Source of the DNA: an uncultured bacterium
Lineage (GTDB): Bacteria; Auribacterota; JABMQX01; JAFGEW01
Direction: 5' to 3'
NCBI GenBank assembly: GCA_965369835.1
Contig: CBDUSE010000003.1
Coordinates: 1-50,766 of the forward strand
DNA: 50,766 nucleotides
Shown here piece by piece: positions 37,204-45,466 of the stretch (positions are counted from its first letter, which is position 1; the number at the start of each line of letters is the position of its first letter). The translations under genes and the position numbers were made by a program. Under the pieces are notes generated by a model, which had not been told where the DNA came from, ran no database searches, and worked only from the letters and a program-made list of their open reading frames with translations.

Positions 37204-38925
37204 TCAGTTGGGAGGGGCGCCGCCACTATCCGATGACGGCGCCTCGTTCCTCTCTTCCGGGGCGATGTCGTCGCTTCCATCCATCGGTTGAGGCGCCGCG
37301 GCGCCGGTCTCGTCGTTAGTTTCCGTCGCCACGTTATCCTCCAACGCAGCCGATTCCCGGCCCGTGCTCGGCGTCTTGAGTAAAGGTCTCGCAGCGGCGT
37401 AAGCCAAGGCGAGGCCGATCAGGCAGATGAGGATCGAGGAGGTAATCGCAGCGTACTGAAAGAAGTGCCCCGGTTTCTTGAGCCGGCGTGTGATGACCTT
37501 CGAGCCCCGCACCACAAGAATACCGATTGCCACAAGCGTTGCCGCCAGACCCAGGCTGAAACTCACAAGGACCATGATGCCGAACGCAACCACTTGCGCA
37601 TACGCGCACGCGAGAATGATTAGAATCCCGTCCGGGCATGGCACCACGCCACCGGTGATGCCCAGGGCGAGTAAGCGCTTGAGCCTCGGTGGCTCGACGT
37701 CCTGCTCCATCGTCTGATCGTGAGTGCGCTCCTGCTCGTGGTTGTGACTATGACCGTGAGCGTGGTCGTGATGATCGTGGTGGCCACCGCCAACGTGCAC
37801 GTGCGGCAGCGCCTTTCCTCGTATCGCCCGGCTGAACATCCAGGCGCCGATGGCGAAAATGCCGATTCCGGAACCAAGCTGGATCCACCAGATCACATTC
37901 TGGTCCGAGGCGCTCTTCACGCCGTGAAGCACGGCGAGCGCGATGATGTAAACACTGAAGGTGTGGGTCAGTGTCACGATGAGCCCCAGCAGCACCGCGT
38001 GACGTATCTTGCCGTGCGTGCCCACGAGATAGGCCGCCACGAGGGTTTTGCCGTGGCCCGGTTGAACCGCGTGGAGCATACCGATAACGAAGGCCAGGCC
38101 CAGCGCCAGCAGCAGAACGGCCCGGCTGTGGTTCTCGGCGAAATCCCGTATCAGCGAGAACAGCGTGTCCTTCAGTGACAACAACGTCTTGGTGAGCCAC
38201 CCCTTCCTCTCCGGCAGCGGCGTGCGTTTGCGAGCTGCCAGCGCCTCCGGCTCCTCGGCCCCGCCAATGTCCTGCGAAGGAACCGTACCGGATTCTCCGA
38301 CCTTTACTTCGAAAACCACCGTGGCCTCGCGGTAGTCCGGCGGCAGGAGCCCGATGGCAACCTGATAGAGCTCCGGGTCTCGCGAGTCAATCTTGGTAGG
38401 CTCGCCGACGATCTCGACCCGCCCGGGCTCCCGCACCCTGAAGTAGAGGTCCCTCGTCCCCAGCGTGTTGATATGGCACAGGTTGTGCACGTGCAGCGTA
38501 TTCCGGCCGAGCTTCGGCTGCGGCTTCACCACCCTGAACCGGAACAGCATCTGCAACTGCGGCATCGGTGTAACGCCCGAAATGACCGACGCGCTGCCCG
38601 ACTCGAAGGCAAGCACGGCCCGCTTACCGTTCAGCGTGATCTTCAGGTCGTCGCGCAAGCTCTCCTCGTAGCCCACAACGAGTTTCTCCGATTCCTCGTC
38701 GCTGAGCTCGCCGTCGCGATCCTCGTCCACCGTTGCCAACAACGAAGCCGTCGGGATCTCGGCGGGCATCACGACCATCCTGAGCGCGATCCCGTCCGGA
38801 GCGATCGTGACGCTGATGTCGTGGTCTATCGCGTGGTAGCCGAAGATGTGCGCATGCGCCGGCGCGCACACGCCGCCCAAGACGAACGCGAGTGTGATCA
38901 CGAGAACGATGAAGCGAGGCCTCAT
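37204..38925 (-). CDS. NicO/RcnA-family Ni/Co permease fused to a ~270-aa N-terminal periplasmic domain
   Basis: ORF 37204..39009 (GTG). The ATG at 38925 gives a signal peptide (MRPRFIVLVITLAFVLGGVCAPAHA). NicO signatures are LHAVQPGHGKT and GGVVPCPDG. The His-rich loop is HVHVGGGHHDHHDHAHGHSHNHE. Confidence 0.8.
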   Translation of the reverse strand: MRPRFIVLVITLAFVLGGVCAPAHAHIFGYHAIDHDISVTIAPDGIALRMVVMPAEIPTASLLATVDEDRDGELSDEESEKLVVGYEESLRDDLKITLNGKRAVLAFESGSASVISGVTPMPQLQMLFRFRVVKPQPKLGRNTLHVHNLCHINTLGTRDLYFRVREPGRVEIVGEPTKIDSRDPELYQVAIGLLPPDYREATVVFEVKVGESGTVPSQDIGGAEEPEALAARKRTPLPERKGWLTKTLLSLKDTLFSLIRDFAENHSRAVLLLALGLAFVIGMLHAVQPGHGKTLVAAYLVGTHGKIRHAVLLGLIVTLTHTFSVYIIALAVLHGVKSASDQNVIWWIQLGSGIGIFAIGAWMFSRAIRGKALPHVHVGGGHHDHHDHAHGHSHNHEQERTHDQTMEQDVEPPRLKRLLALGITGGVVPCPDGILIILACAYAQVVAFGIMVLVSFSLGLAATLVAIGILVVRGSKVITRRLKKPGHFFQYAAITSSILICLIGLALAYAAARPLLKTPSTGRESAALEDNVATETNDETGAAAPQPMDGSDDIAPEERNEAPSSDSGGAPPN

Positions 38926-39150
38926 GACGGACGCCTCTCTACGCAAAGGCTTCGACAGATCAGTCTCCCACCGATCCCAGTCCAGATGCACCGGAAGAAC
39001 GGTCGTCACGACGAACCGCTGAAGAAAGGCAGGGTGGGTCTATTCCCGTGTAGCACCCATCTCGCTCTCGCGCAAGAGGAATCCCCGAACGCGGCGTGCC
39101 CGGACGAGATGGATTCGAGCCGTATGCCCTACAGACAGAGGTATACCGAG

Positions 39151-39981
39151 CTAGCCGTGCCGCTCGAGCTTGTGCGTGGCGTCATGGCCATGACCGTGGC
39201 TTGGCCCGGCGCCGTGGCGGTGGTCGTGGGCGACTCCCCGGTGGGCCTCGATCGAGTAGGGCACTTCAAGACCGTGTCGGAGCATCAATTCGGCGTCGCC
39301 GAGGATTTCATCCGTCGGCCCCTCGGCAATCAGCTTCCCGTTGTCCATGACCGCCACGCGCAGGCACGTGGCGCGAGCAAACTCCATGTCGTGCGAGCTG
39401 ATGACCTGCGTGCCGCCGATCCGCGCGAGCAGCTCGATCAGCTCCGCCCGAGCCCTTGGGTCGAGGCCGGCGGCAGGCTCGTCGAGCAACAGCACCTCCG
39501 GCTTCATCGCCAGGGCGGTGGCGAGTGCCACGAGCCGTTTCTCGCCCCCGGATAGGTCGTAGCTGATCCGGTCCGCGTAGCCCCCCAGACCAAGCCACGC
39601 CAATGTCTCGTCAACGATCTGCGAGGCTTCGGACCCCGACTTGCCAAGGTTGAGCGGCCCGAAGGCGACATCCTCGCGCACCGTCGGCGAGAAGAGCTGG
39701 TCCTCCGAGTCCTGGAATAGAAAACCGACCTTGCGCCGCACCTCGTCGAGGTCGGACCGTTTCCGCACGTCGCGCCCAAACGCGCGAATCCGCCCGGCAT
39801 GCGGCCGCTGCAACCCGACGATCAGGTGGAAGAGCGTGGTCTTGCCGCTGCCGTTCGCGCCGACGACGGCGAGGCGATCGCCCCGGCGCACGGTGAAGTC
39901 GAGTCCCCGAAAAAACTTCGGCCGTCCCGGATACCCGAAGTGGATCGCCTCGAGAGCAATCAGCGCGCTATCGCCATCCAT
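39151..39981 (-). CDS. nikO: ECF-type Ni/Co transporter ATPase (CbiO/NikO) with a His-rich C-terminal tail
   Basis: Walker A GANGSGKTT, ABC signature LSGGEKR and Walker B LLLDEP. The tail reads HRGVAHDHRHGAGPSHGHGHDATH. Confidence 0.9.
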   Translation of the reverse strand: MDGDSALIALEAIHFGYPGRPKFFRGLDFTVRRGDRLAVVGANGSGKTTLFHLIVGLQRPHAGRIRAFGRDVRKRSDLDEVRRKVGFLFQDSEDQLFSPTVREDVAFGPLNLGKSGSEASQIVDETLAWLGLGGYADRISYDLSGGEKRLVALATALAMKPEVLLLDEPAAGLDPRARAELIELLARIGGTQVISSHDMEFARATCLRVAVMDNGKLIAEGPTDEILGDAELMLRHGLEVPYSIEAHRGVAHDHRHGAGPSHGHGHDATHKLERHG

Positions 39982-40724
39982 TCCAGCCCCACAAGCAGCA
40001 GCGTGAACGCGACAATCCCGGCAGCGGCAACGACGTCCCGCCGCCCAAGCCGCCCCTGACCAAACCCCGGGAATCGGCCGCGGAAGCCCCGGCAGAGCAT
40101 TGCCTCGTAAATGCGTGCGGCCCGGTCGTGGCTCCGCACGAGCAGCATCCCGACGACGTTGGCGTATGTCCGGTAGGTGTGCAGGTTCGTCCTTGGCTTG
40201 AACCCGCGAATCCTCATCGCATCAACGAGGCGGCGGTACTCGCCATGGATCACCTGGATATAGCGGACACAGAAGAAGAGCACAACGACGAGCTTCTCGG
40301 GCACTCGCAGCTCGCGCAGCCCGTGCGCCAGATCAACGATCCGCGACGTACCCAGCAGCGCGATGCACGCAAAGACGATGGCGTTACACCTCAGCGTCAG
40401 CCGCAGCGCGAACACGAGCCCCTCGCGCGTCACCTCGATCGAGCCCCACCTCGCCAGGACCTCGCCGGGAACCGACCACGGCAGAAACAGCCAGAGGAAC
40501 GCCACAAACGTGTTGACCACCACGAGCCGCCGCGCAAGGCGCCCGGCATCGAGCCGCGCCGCCACGAGCAGCCCCGCTGAGAAGATGATCGCCAGCGCCA
40601 AGACGAGGAAGTCGCCAACCACAGCGACTACCACGGAATACACGAGTGCGGCCACGAGCTTGGCGCGCGGGTCAAGCGCATGAAGGAGCGAAGTTCCCCT
40701 CGCGAACGGCTCCCGAAACGCCAT
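39960..40724 (-). CDS. nikQ: ECF transporter transmembrane (T) component CbiQ/NikQ
   Basis: 254-aa polytopic protein. The N-terminus is typical of CbiQ (SLLHALDPRAKL). It overlaps the start of the ATPase gene by 22 nt. Confidence 0.85.
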   Translation of the reverse strand: MAFREPFARGTSLLHALDPRAKLVAALVYSVVVAVVGDFLVLALAIIFSAGLLVAARLDAGRLARRLVVVNTFVAFLWLFLPWSVPGEVLARWGSIEVTREGLVFALRLTLRCNAIVFACIALLGTSRIVDLAHGLRELRVPEKLVVVLFFCVRYIQVIHGEYRRLVDAMRIRGFKPRTNLHTYRTYANVVGMLLVRSHDRAARIYEAMLCRGFRGRFPGFGQGRLGRRDVVAAAGIVAFTLLLVGLEWMAIAR

Positions 40725-40774
40725 GAGGAAAGAATCCTGTGCAGTGGTGAAGCGAACCGAACTGCGGCTCCAGT

Positions 40775-41407
40775 CTACTTCCTCGCGGCGTTCCGCGCCA
40801 TGAAATACATAGCCACGCCCGTCAGGCCGATGATGAACCCAAGCCCCGCCATCACCTGCTCGATCGAGGGGCCGGCGCGTGGCTTCCGAAGCTGCGCAAG
40901 CTGGCGCTGCATGGTGCGCAGGGAGGCGTCAATCCGGGCCAGGGCCGCCTTTATCTCGTCGAGGTCCCGGCCATCCAACGGCAACGGCGCGACCCCCTCC
41001 GGGTCGTTGCCGGCACCGACAGAACCAGCGCTCCCTTCCTCGGGACCCTCCGGCTCGTCAATCCCGACCAGGCCCTCGAACTCCTCCGCCTTGAGCGTGT
41101 ACTCGCCGCGGTGCTCGTCGCCTGATGTGGCAACGATCTTCAGATCGTGCGCAACGACCGGCAACCGGAACGCGTATTCGCCGTTCCTGTCGGTCTTGCC
41201 CTCGACGAGCAGCGCCCCGCCGGCGCCGTACACCTTGACGTCGGCCCCCCTCGCTTTCACCCCGTCGCTGAAGTACGCCTCGACCGCGACCTCGTCCCCC
41301 ACCACATAGGCAAAGACGTTGAGCCTGTGCGCCAGCGCCACCGACGGCTCGAGCACCGTAATGATCAGCACAGACGCCGCCCACCAGAGCGCACGGTTAC
41401 GCACCAT
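40775..41407 (-). CDS. nikL: NikL-like auxiliary component: signal anchor, carboxypeptidase-regulatory-like beta-sandwich, acidic linker, C-terminal TM helix
   Basis: ORF 40775..41497. The ATG at 41407 overlaps the end of the M gene. The motif VKVYGAGGALLVEGKTDRNGEYAF is CarboxypepD_reg-like. The C-terminal TM helix is GLGFIIGLTGVAMYFMA. Its position between the M and Q genes matches nikKMLQO operons. Confidence 0.6.
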   Translation of the reverse strand: MVRNRALWWAASVLIITVLEPSVALAHRLNVFAYVVGDEVAVEAYFSDGVKARGADVKVYGAGGALLVEGKTDRNGEYAFRLPVVAHDLKIVATSGDEHRGEYTLKAEEFEGLVGIDEPEGPEEGSAGSVGAGNDPEGVAPLPLDGRDLDEIKAALARIDASLRTMQRQLAQLRKPRAGPSIEQVMAGLGFIIGLTGVAMYFMARNAARK

Positions 41408-42023
41408 CCGACACCTCCAGCCCGCCGAGCTGAGGCAGCATTCCCGGTTTGACTTTTTTGAGGAAAGCAACGCACAGCACGCAGATGACCCCCTCAACGA
41501 TCATTACCGGCACGTGTGCGACAACGGTTGTCGCCGCCGCCGCCTCGAATGCTTCACCCGTCAATAACAGCGCCGACGCGACAAACACCCCCGCGAGAAA
41601 CACCGCGAGCGCCCCGGCCCCAAAGGCCCCGACAGCACTCGCAGCCGGGCTTCCACGAAGCAGCCTCCTAAAAAGAAGATAGGAAACCACGCCGGGGAAC
41701 GCCATCGTAAAGGTGTTGACGCCAAGCGTCGTTAGACCGCCGAACTGGAACAGGACCGCCTGCAGGAACAGCCCAACAAGCAGCGCCGGAAAGACGGCCC
41801 ACCCCAACAGGATTCCCGCCAGGCCGTTCAGAATCAAATGAATCGAGGTGGGGCCAATCGGGACGTGCACGAGCGAGGCGACGAAAAACGTTGCCGCCAT
41901 GACCCCGACGCGGGGCATCTGCTCCGCGTCCAGGCGGCGGAGCCCCACAGCCGTACCGACAGCCGTCAATGCTGCGCCCGTGACTAGCACGGGCGCAGCG
42001 AGGACTCCTTCAGAAATGTGCAT
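41397..42023 (-). CDS. nikM: ECF substrate-capture component CbiM/NikM
   Basis: Starts directly with MHISEGVL, the conserved metal-ligating N-terminus of CbiM/NikM. It is a 208-aa polytopic protein. Confidence 0.9.
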   Translation of the reverse strand: MHISEGVLAAPVLVTGAALTAVGTAVGLRRLDAEQMPRVGVMAATFFVASLVHVPIGPTSIHLILNGLAGILLGWAVFPALLVGLFLQAVLFQFGGLTTLGVNTFTMAFPGVVSYLLFRRLLRGSPAASAVGAFGAGALAVFLAGVFVASALLLTGEAFEAAAATTVVAHVPVMIVEGVICVLCVAFLKKVKPGMLPQLGGLEVSDGA

Positions 42024-42032
42024 TCAGAATCC

Positions 42033-42827
42033 CTACTTCATCTCGTCGGTGTGGACCCAGATCAGCGCGCCGAGCTCGACACCCTTCTCCTCGCCATCCT
42101 CGGTCTTCAAGGTGTAGTCCGCCTCGCTCAGCGCGGCGAACGCCCACCAACCCGCCTTCGGCATGGCGTAGGTGAACTCGCCGTGCGCGTTGGCCTTGAT
42201 CACCTGCGTGATATGCGCGTCCGTCGGCGGCTCGACCGCCGGCTTGCCCGGCTCGTTGTAGTACTCGACCTCGATCTCCGCGTACGGGACCGGCTTGCCG
42301 TCGAGCTTCACGATGCCCCGGAACACGTTGCCGGCCCATAGACCATACGGCCGCACGAGCGGGACGATCTCGGTCTTCAGTCCGAGCTCGGTGTCCCAGC
42401 CCTCCTCGAGGCCCATCGCGTTCACCACCACCTTCGTATAGTGGATGATGAAGCAATCCTCGGCGGGCTCCCAGTACGGCGCCGGCTCGACGAAAAACAC
42501 GTAGTCCCCCGGCCGCTGGATCTTGTAGTTTGTGGTCCACGTCGAGTACTTGCCGACCTTTTTCTCCTTGAGCGTGCCGAGCAAGTCAACCGGATCGCCG
42601 CCCTTGATCGAGACGCCAAACGCCTTCGGCCTGGCCATGTTCATCATGTGGCCTTCCATCGGGTGGGTGAAGACCAACTCGAGCGCGATGCTTTGCGGTT
42701 CATCCACCACGACCTTGGACGGCACCATCAACTGGAAGTGAGCGAGCGCCGGCACAATCACCAGCGCCGCCAGAACCAGCGTCCCCAGAGCGACAAACCA
42801 GATCCGCGAGCTCTTGCGTGCGTTCAT
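42033..42827 (-). CDS. nikK: Periplasmic DUF4198-type Ni/Co-binding protein (NikK-like)
   Basis: ORF 42033..42875. The ATG at 42827 follows GGAGGAG. After the signal peptide the mature protein starts at His (ALA|HFQLMVP). It looks beta-rich, and it is the first gene of the nik operon. Confidence 0.75.
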   Translation of the reverse strand: MNARKSSRIWFVALGTLVLAALVIVPALAHFQLMVPSKVVVDEPQSIALELVFTHPMEGHMMNMARPKAFGVSIKGGDPVDLLGTLKEKKVGKYSTWTTNYKIQRPGDYVFFVEPAPYWEPAEDCFIIHYTKVVVNAMGLEEGWDTELGLKTEIVPLVRPYGLWAGNVFRGIVKLDGKPVPYAEIEVEYYNEPGKPAVEPPTDAHITQVIKANAHGEFTYAMPKAGWWAFAALSEADYTLKTEDGEEKGVELGALIWVHTDEMK

Positions 42828-42898
42828 TCGACCGTCTCCTCCGTTCCAGGTTTCCTTTGGGTTCCATGTTGGCACGATGGTGTGCCACGGCGCCTTTA

Positions 42899-42923
42899 TA
42901 GCACGGTTTCTGGAAACGTGCTA
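42899..42923 (-). promoter_or_regulatory. Imperfect 11/12-bp inverted repeat abutting a TATAAA box upstream of nikK (candidate operator/promoter)
   Basis: The minus strand reads TAGCACGTTTC-CA-GAAAC(C)GTGCTA, immediately followed by TAAAGG, so that gcTATAAA (42895-42900) is a plausible -10 box about 68 nt upstream of the nikK ATG. Confidence 0.4.
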
Positions 42924-42975
42924 CTGGAAAACGGCCAATTCCTGCCTCGGCTCTGGCTCTGAACCGGAAGTCGGC

Positions 42976-43371
42976 CTACCGGTTCTCGGTCGTGGTCTCG
43001 AACTCCGGCGGATTCGTGATCGCCTTCTTCACCGTGCACAGATTGACCGCGCGCACGAGTGCTCGCCGGTACTTCTCGGGGAAATCAGGCGGGACAGTAA
43101 TCTTGATCGTTACCTTCCGGAGCTGCTTGCCCGACTCATCGTATTCCTGGTGCTGCACGAGCTCGAGACCGTCGGTTGGGAGGTTCCGCTCGCGGCAGAA
43201 GCTTAGGACGTAGATGCCGGCGCACGTCGCAATCGAGGCGAGGAAGAGCTGGTACGGCTCGGGAGCGGAGCCTTCCCCACCGCTTCGCTTCGACTGGTCG
43301 GTTCGTATCACGCGGCCCTTGAGCGCCGCGTCCACCCGCATCCCGCCCGGAAATGTCACTCGAATATCCAT
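42976..43371 (-). CDS. OsmC/Ohr-family protein
   Basis: ORF 42976..43392, with the ATG at 43371 preferred. It has OsmC-type motifs (PEPYQLFLASIATCAG ... LCTVKKA) with the two conserved Cys. Confidence 0.85.
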   Translation of the reverse strand: MDIRVTFPGGMRVDAALKGRVIRTDQSKRSGGEGSAPEPYQLFLASIATCAGIYVLSFCRERNLPTDGLELVQHQEYDESGKQLRKVTIKITVPPDFPEKYRRALVRAVNLCTVKKAITNPPEFETTTENR

Positions 43372-43532
43372 CGCCGGTCCCCTTCCCAGCAATCAGTTGA
43401 GTGCTTCGGAATAACCCTGCAACCGCAACTGCCGCTCGATGGTTCCGCGCTCGTGTATTGCCTCGAAGATGATCCTTGGACCTGGCAATCCTCGGGATGC
43501 GGCTTTTCCCGCCGGCTTCCAGTTCATCCTTT

Positions 43533-43579
43533 GTAGTAGCTCGTGCTACGCAGCGCTTCGCAGAGTAGCAAACTACTAC
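43533..43579 (+). other. Nested GC/AT stem-loop
   Basis: GTAGTAG (43533-39) pairs with CTACTAC (43573-79). This encloses an inner TGCTAC/GTAGCA stem. It lies 30 nt upstream of repeat copy 2. Confidence 0.5.
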
Positions 43580-43610
43580 GGAGAACGGACCGGCATCGTC
43601 TCTTTATCAC

Positions 43611-43798
43611 CGGCTTCACGTCAAGTCGGGAAAGGGCGCTTCCCGCGAGCCCGCCTCGGCGGGCTTTCTATCCTCATTAGGCCGTTGCTTCAGCGCCGGT
43701 ACAGCTACCGCCACTTATACCACCCGGAGCGCGTTTCAACGTGCTTGCGCGCCGAAGGCGCGGCTTCCCATTTGCAGGCAAGGCGCTTAAGCGCCCGC
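43611..43798 (+). repeat. ~188-nt multi-hairpin dispersed repeat, copy 2
   Basis: Collinear with 1697..1883 in the same orientation, with the same hairpins in the same order. Several differences are loop changes or G-C to G-T changes. Confidence 0.8.
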
Positions 43799-43854
43799 CC
43801 CACGAAGAGGACCACGCCTTCGAGCAAGCGCCGCGTTATTTGCCGGACACTGCA

Positions 43855-44679
43855 CTAGCTCGTCGAGAAATCGGCGGGGATCGCCATGATGCAGATGCCG
43901 CGGGCGTCGGCGGCCCCGACGGTGGCCTGCTCGTCCACCACGAACGTCCGCTTTGCCTCGATGGCGATGAGGGCCGCGTTCGCTTCGGCCATCACCTCGA
44001 TCGTCTTCGGCCCGATCACGGGCACGTCGAACCGCATGTCCTGGTCCGGCTTCGCCATCTTGACCACGACGACGCCCGCACCGCCCAGCCGGCCCGCGCG
44101 CGCGATCGTCTCGTTCGTTCCCTCGATCGCCTCGACGGCCACTATGGCGCGGTTCTTGACGACCACGGTCTGGCCGACGTCGAGCCCGCCCAGCTCACGA
44201 GCGATCGCCGCACCAAACGCCACGTCCTCGGTCTGCGCGGGTGTCGGCTCGGTGTGCGTGAGCACGCCTTCGGCGGGGAGGTGCTCGTCGAGGTACCGCG
44301 TGGAGTCCACGAGCCGGATGCCGTCCTTGGCGAGCTCATCGCCGACTGCTGCAAAAATCGTGTCCGCCTTGCGGTTCTTCAAGCCGGCGAAGACCTTGAG
44401 GCCGCGTGCGTCGAAGGCGACCTTTGCGAACAGGCGTGTCGGCGTAATCTGACCCGCCATCACCGCCTCTTGCGCGCCCGCCTTCTTGAAACGGCCGATC
44501 AAGCGCCCGAGCTGGCCGATGCCGATCCAGGTGAAATCGTCAACGAGGTCCGCGATGGCGGGATCGGTGTCGCCCTTGAACCCAACGGCGACGACGCGGT
44601 GCTCGGCGCGCGACTTGTACGCGCGCGCCACAAGGAAAGGAAGCCGGCCGTTGCCGGCGATCAGGCCGAGCGTCGGCAT
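43855..44679 (-). CDS. lpxI: UDP-2,3-diacylglucosamine diphosphatase LpxI (DUF1009)
   Basis: N-terminus LGLIAGNGRLPFLVA and a C-terminal AIEA..T motif, typical of LpxI. It lies directly downstream of lpxA. Confidence 0.85.
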   Translation of the reverse strand: MPTLGLIAGNGRLPFLVARAYKSRAEHRVVAVGFKGDTDPAIADLVDDFTWIGIGQLGRLIGRFKKAGAQEAVMAGQITPTRLFAKVAFDARGLKVFAGLKNRKADTIFAAVGDELAKDGIRLVDSTRYLDEHLPAEGVLTHTEPTPAQTEDVAFGAAIARELGGLDVGQTVVVKNRAIVAVEAIEGTNETIARAGRLGGAGVVVVKMAKPDQDMRFDVPVIGPKTIEVMAEANAALIAIEAKRTFVVDEQATVGAADARGICIMAIPADFSTS

Positions 44680-44681
44680 GG

Positions 44682-45452
44682 CTAGCGACCGATGCCCCGC
44701 TCCGACGCCCGCACGAACTCAAGCAGGTGCATGACCTCGGGCAGGTGCGGCCCCTCCGCCTCGACGAGCTCGATGGCGCGGTCCGTCGGGTGGCCGTCGA
44801 AAAACAGCGTTTTGAACGCGCGATGCAGCGCCTCGCGCGTCTCGAGCGGCACGTTGCGCCGCTTGAGACCGACGACGTTGACGCCGCGTACTCGGCACGG
44901 GTTACCGTCGCTGAGCGCATACGGCGGCACGTCCTGATTGACCTTCGAGGCGCCGCCCGTCATGGACATTGTGCCGATGCGCACGAACTGGTGCACCGCG
45001 ACCAACCCGCTCAGGATCGCCTTGTCCTCGATCGTGATGTGGCCGGCGAGCGAAGCGACGTTCGCCATGATCACCTCGTCGCCGAGCACGCAGTTGTGCG
45101 CGATGTGGCAGTAGGCCATGATCAGGCAGTTCCGCCCGACGACGGTCGCGTCCCCTTCGCCGGTGCTCGAGTTGATCGTCGCGTACTCACGGATCGTCGT
45201 GCCGTCGCCGATCCGCACGTACGTCGTCTCGCCCGCGTACTTGAGATCCTGGCAGCGCAGCCCGATCGCGGCGCCGGGAAAAATCTGGCACTGTGCGCCG
45301 ATCGTCGTATTGCCGTCAATGATGGCGTGAGGATAGATCTTCGTGCCGGCGCCGATGTGCACGTTCGGGCCGATGACCGCGTAGGGACCGATCTCGACGC
45401 TCTCCTCGATTGTTGCGCCGGGATCCACGACGGCCGTGGGGTGGAAAGTCAT
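44682..45452 (-). CDS. lpxA: UDP-N-acetylglucosamine O-acyltransferase
   Basis: ORF 44682..45488, with the ATG at 45452 preferred. It has the left-handed beta-helix hexapeptide repeats and the C-terminal helical domain of LpxA. Confidence 0.9.
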   Translation of the reverse strand: MTFHPTAVVDPGATIEESVEIGPYAVIGPNVHIGAGTKIYPHAIIDGNTTIGAQCQIFPGAAIGLRCQDLKYAGETTYVRIGDGTTIREYATINSSTGEGDATVVGRNCLIMAYCHIAHNCVLGDEVIMANVASLAGHITIEDKAILSGLVAVHQFVRIGTMSMTGGASKVNQDVPPYALSDGNPCRVRGVNVVGLKRRNVPLETREALHRAFKTLFFDGHPTDRAIELVEAEGPHLPEVMHLLEFVRASERGIGR

Positions 45453-45466
45453 TTTAAGACCCATCG

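Noticed and set aside
39111-39121. A GGCTCGAATCC motif on the minus strand that resembles a tRNA T-loop.
   Set aside because: The flanking bases do not form a T-stem, acceptor stem or anticodon arm, so no cloverleaf can be drawn.
42871-42887. A sigma-54 promoter-like TGGCAC on the minus strand upstream of nikK.
   Set aside because: The -12 element is CGTGC rather than TTGC, and the GG-to-GC spacing is off by one. The sequence is better described as a short GGCAC/GTGCC inverted repeat.
42828-42975. A cobalamin riboswitch upstream of the cbi/nik-type operon.
   Set aside because: I could not find a B12-box-like GCCACTG / AGYCMGG..GCC core or the usual GGGAA/GGTG elements in this 150-nt leader. 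This needs Infernal to be definitive.
43394-43527. A 44-aa minus-strand ORF just upstream of osmC (MNWKPAGKAASRGLPGPRIIFEAIHERGTIERQLRLQGYSEALN).
   Set aside because: It is short, has mixed third-position composition unlike neighbouring genes, and has no clear RBS. It may be a remnant, but it cannot be supported from sequence alone.
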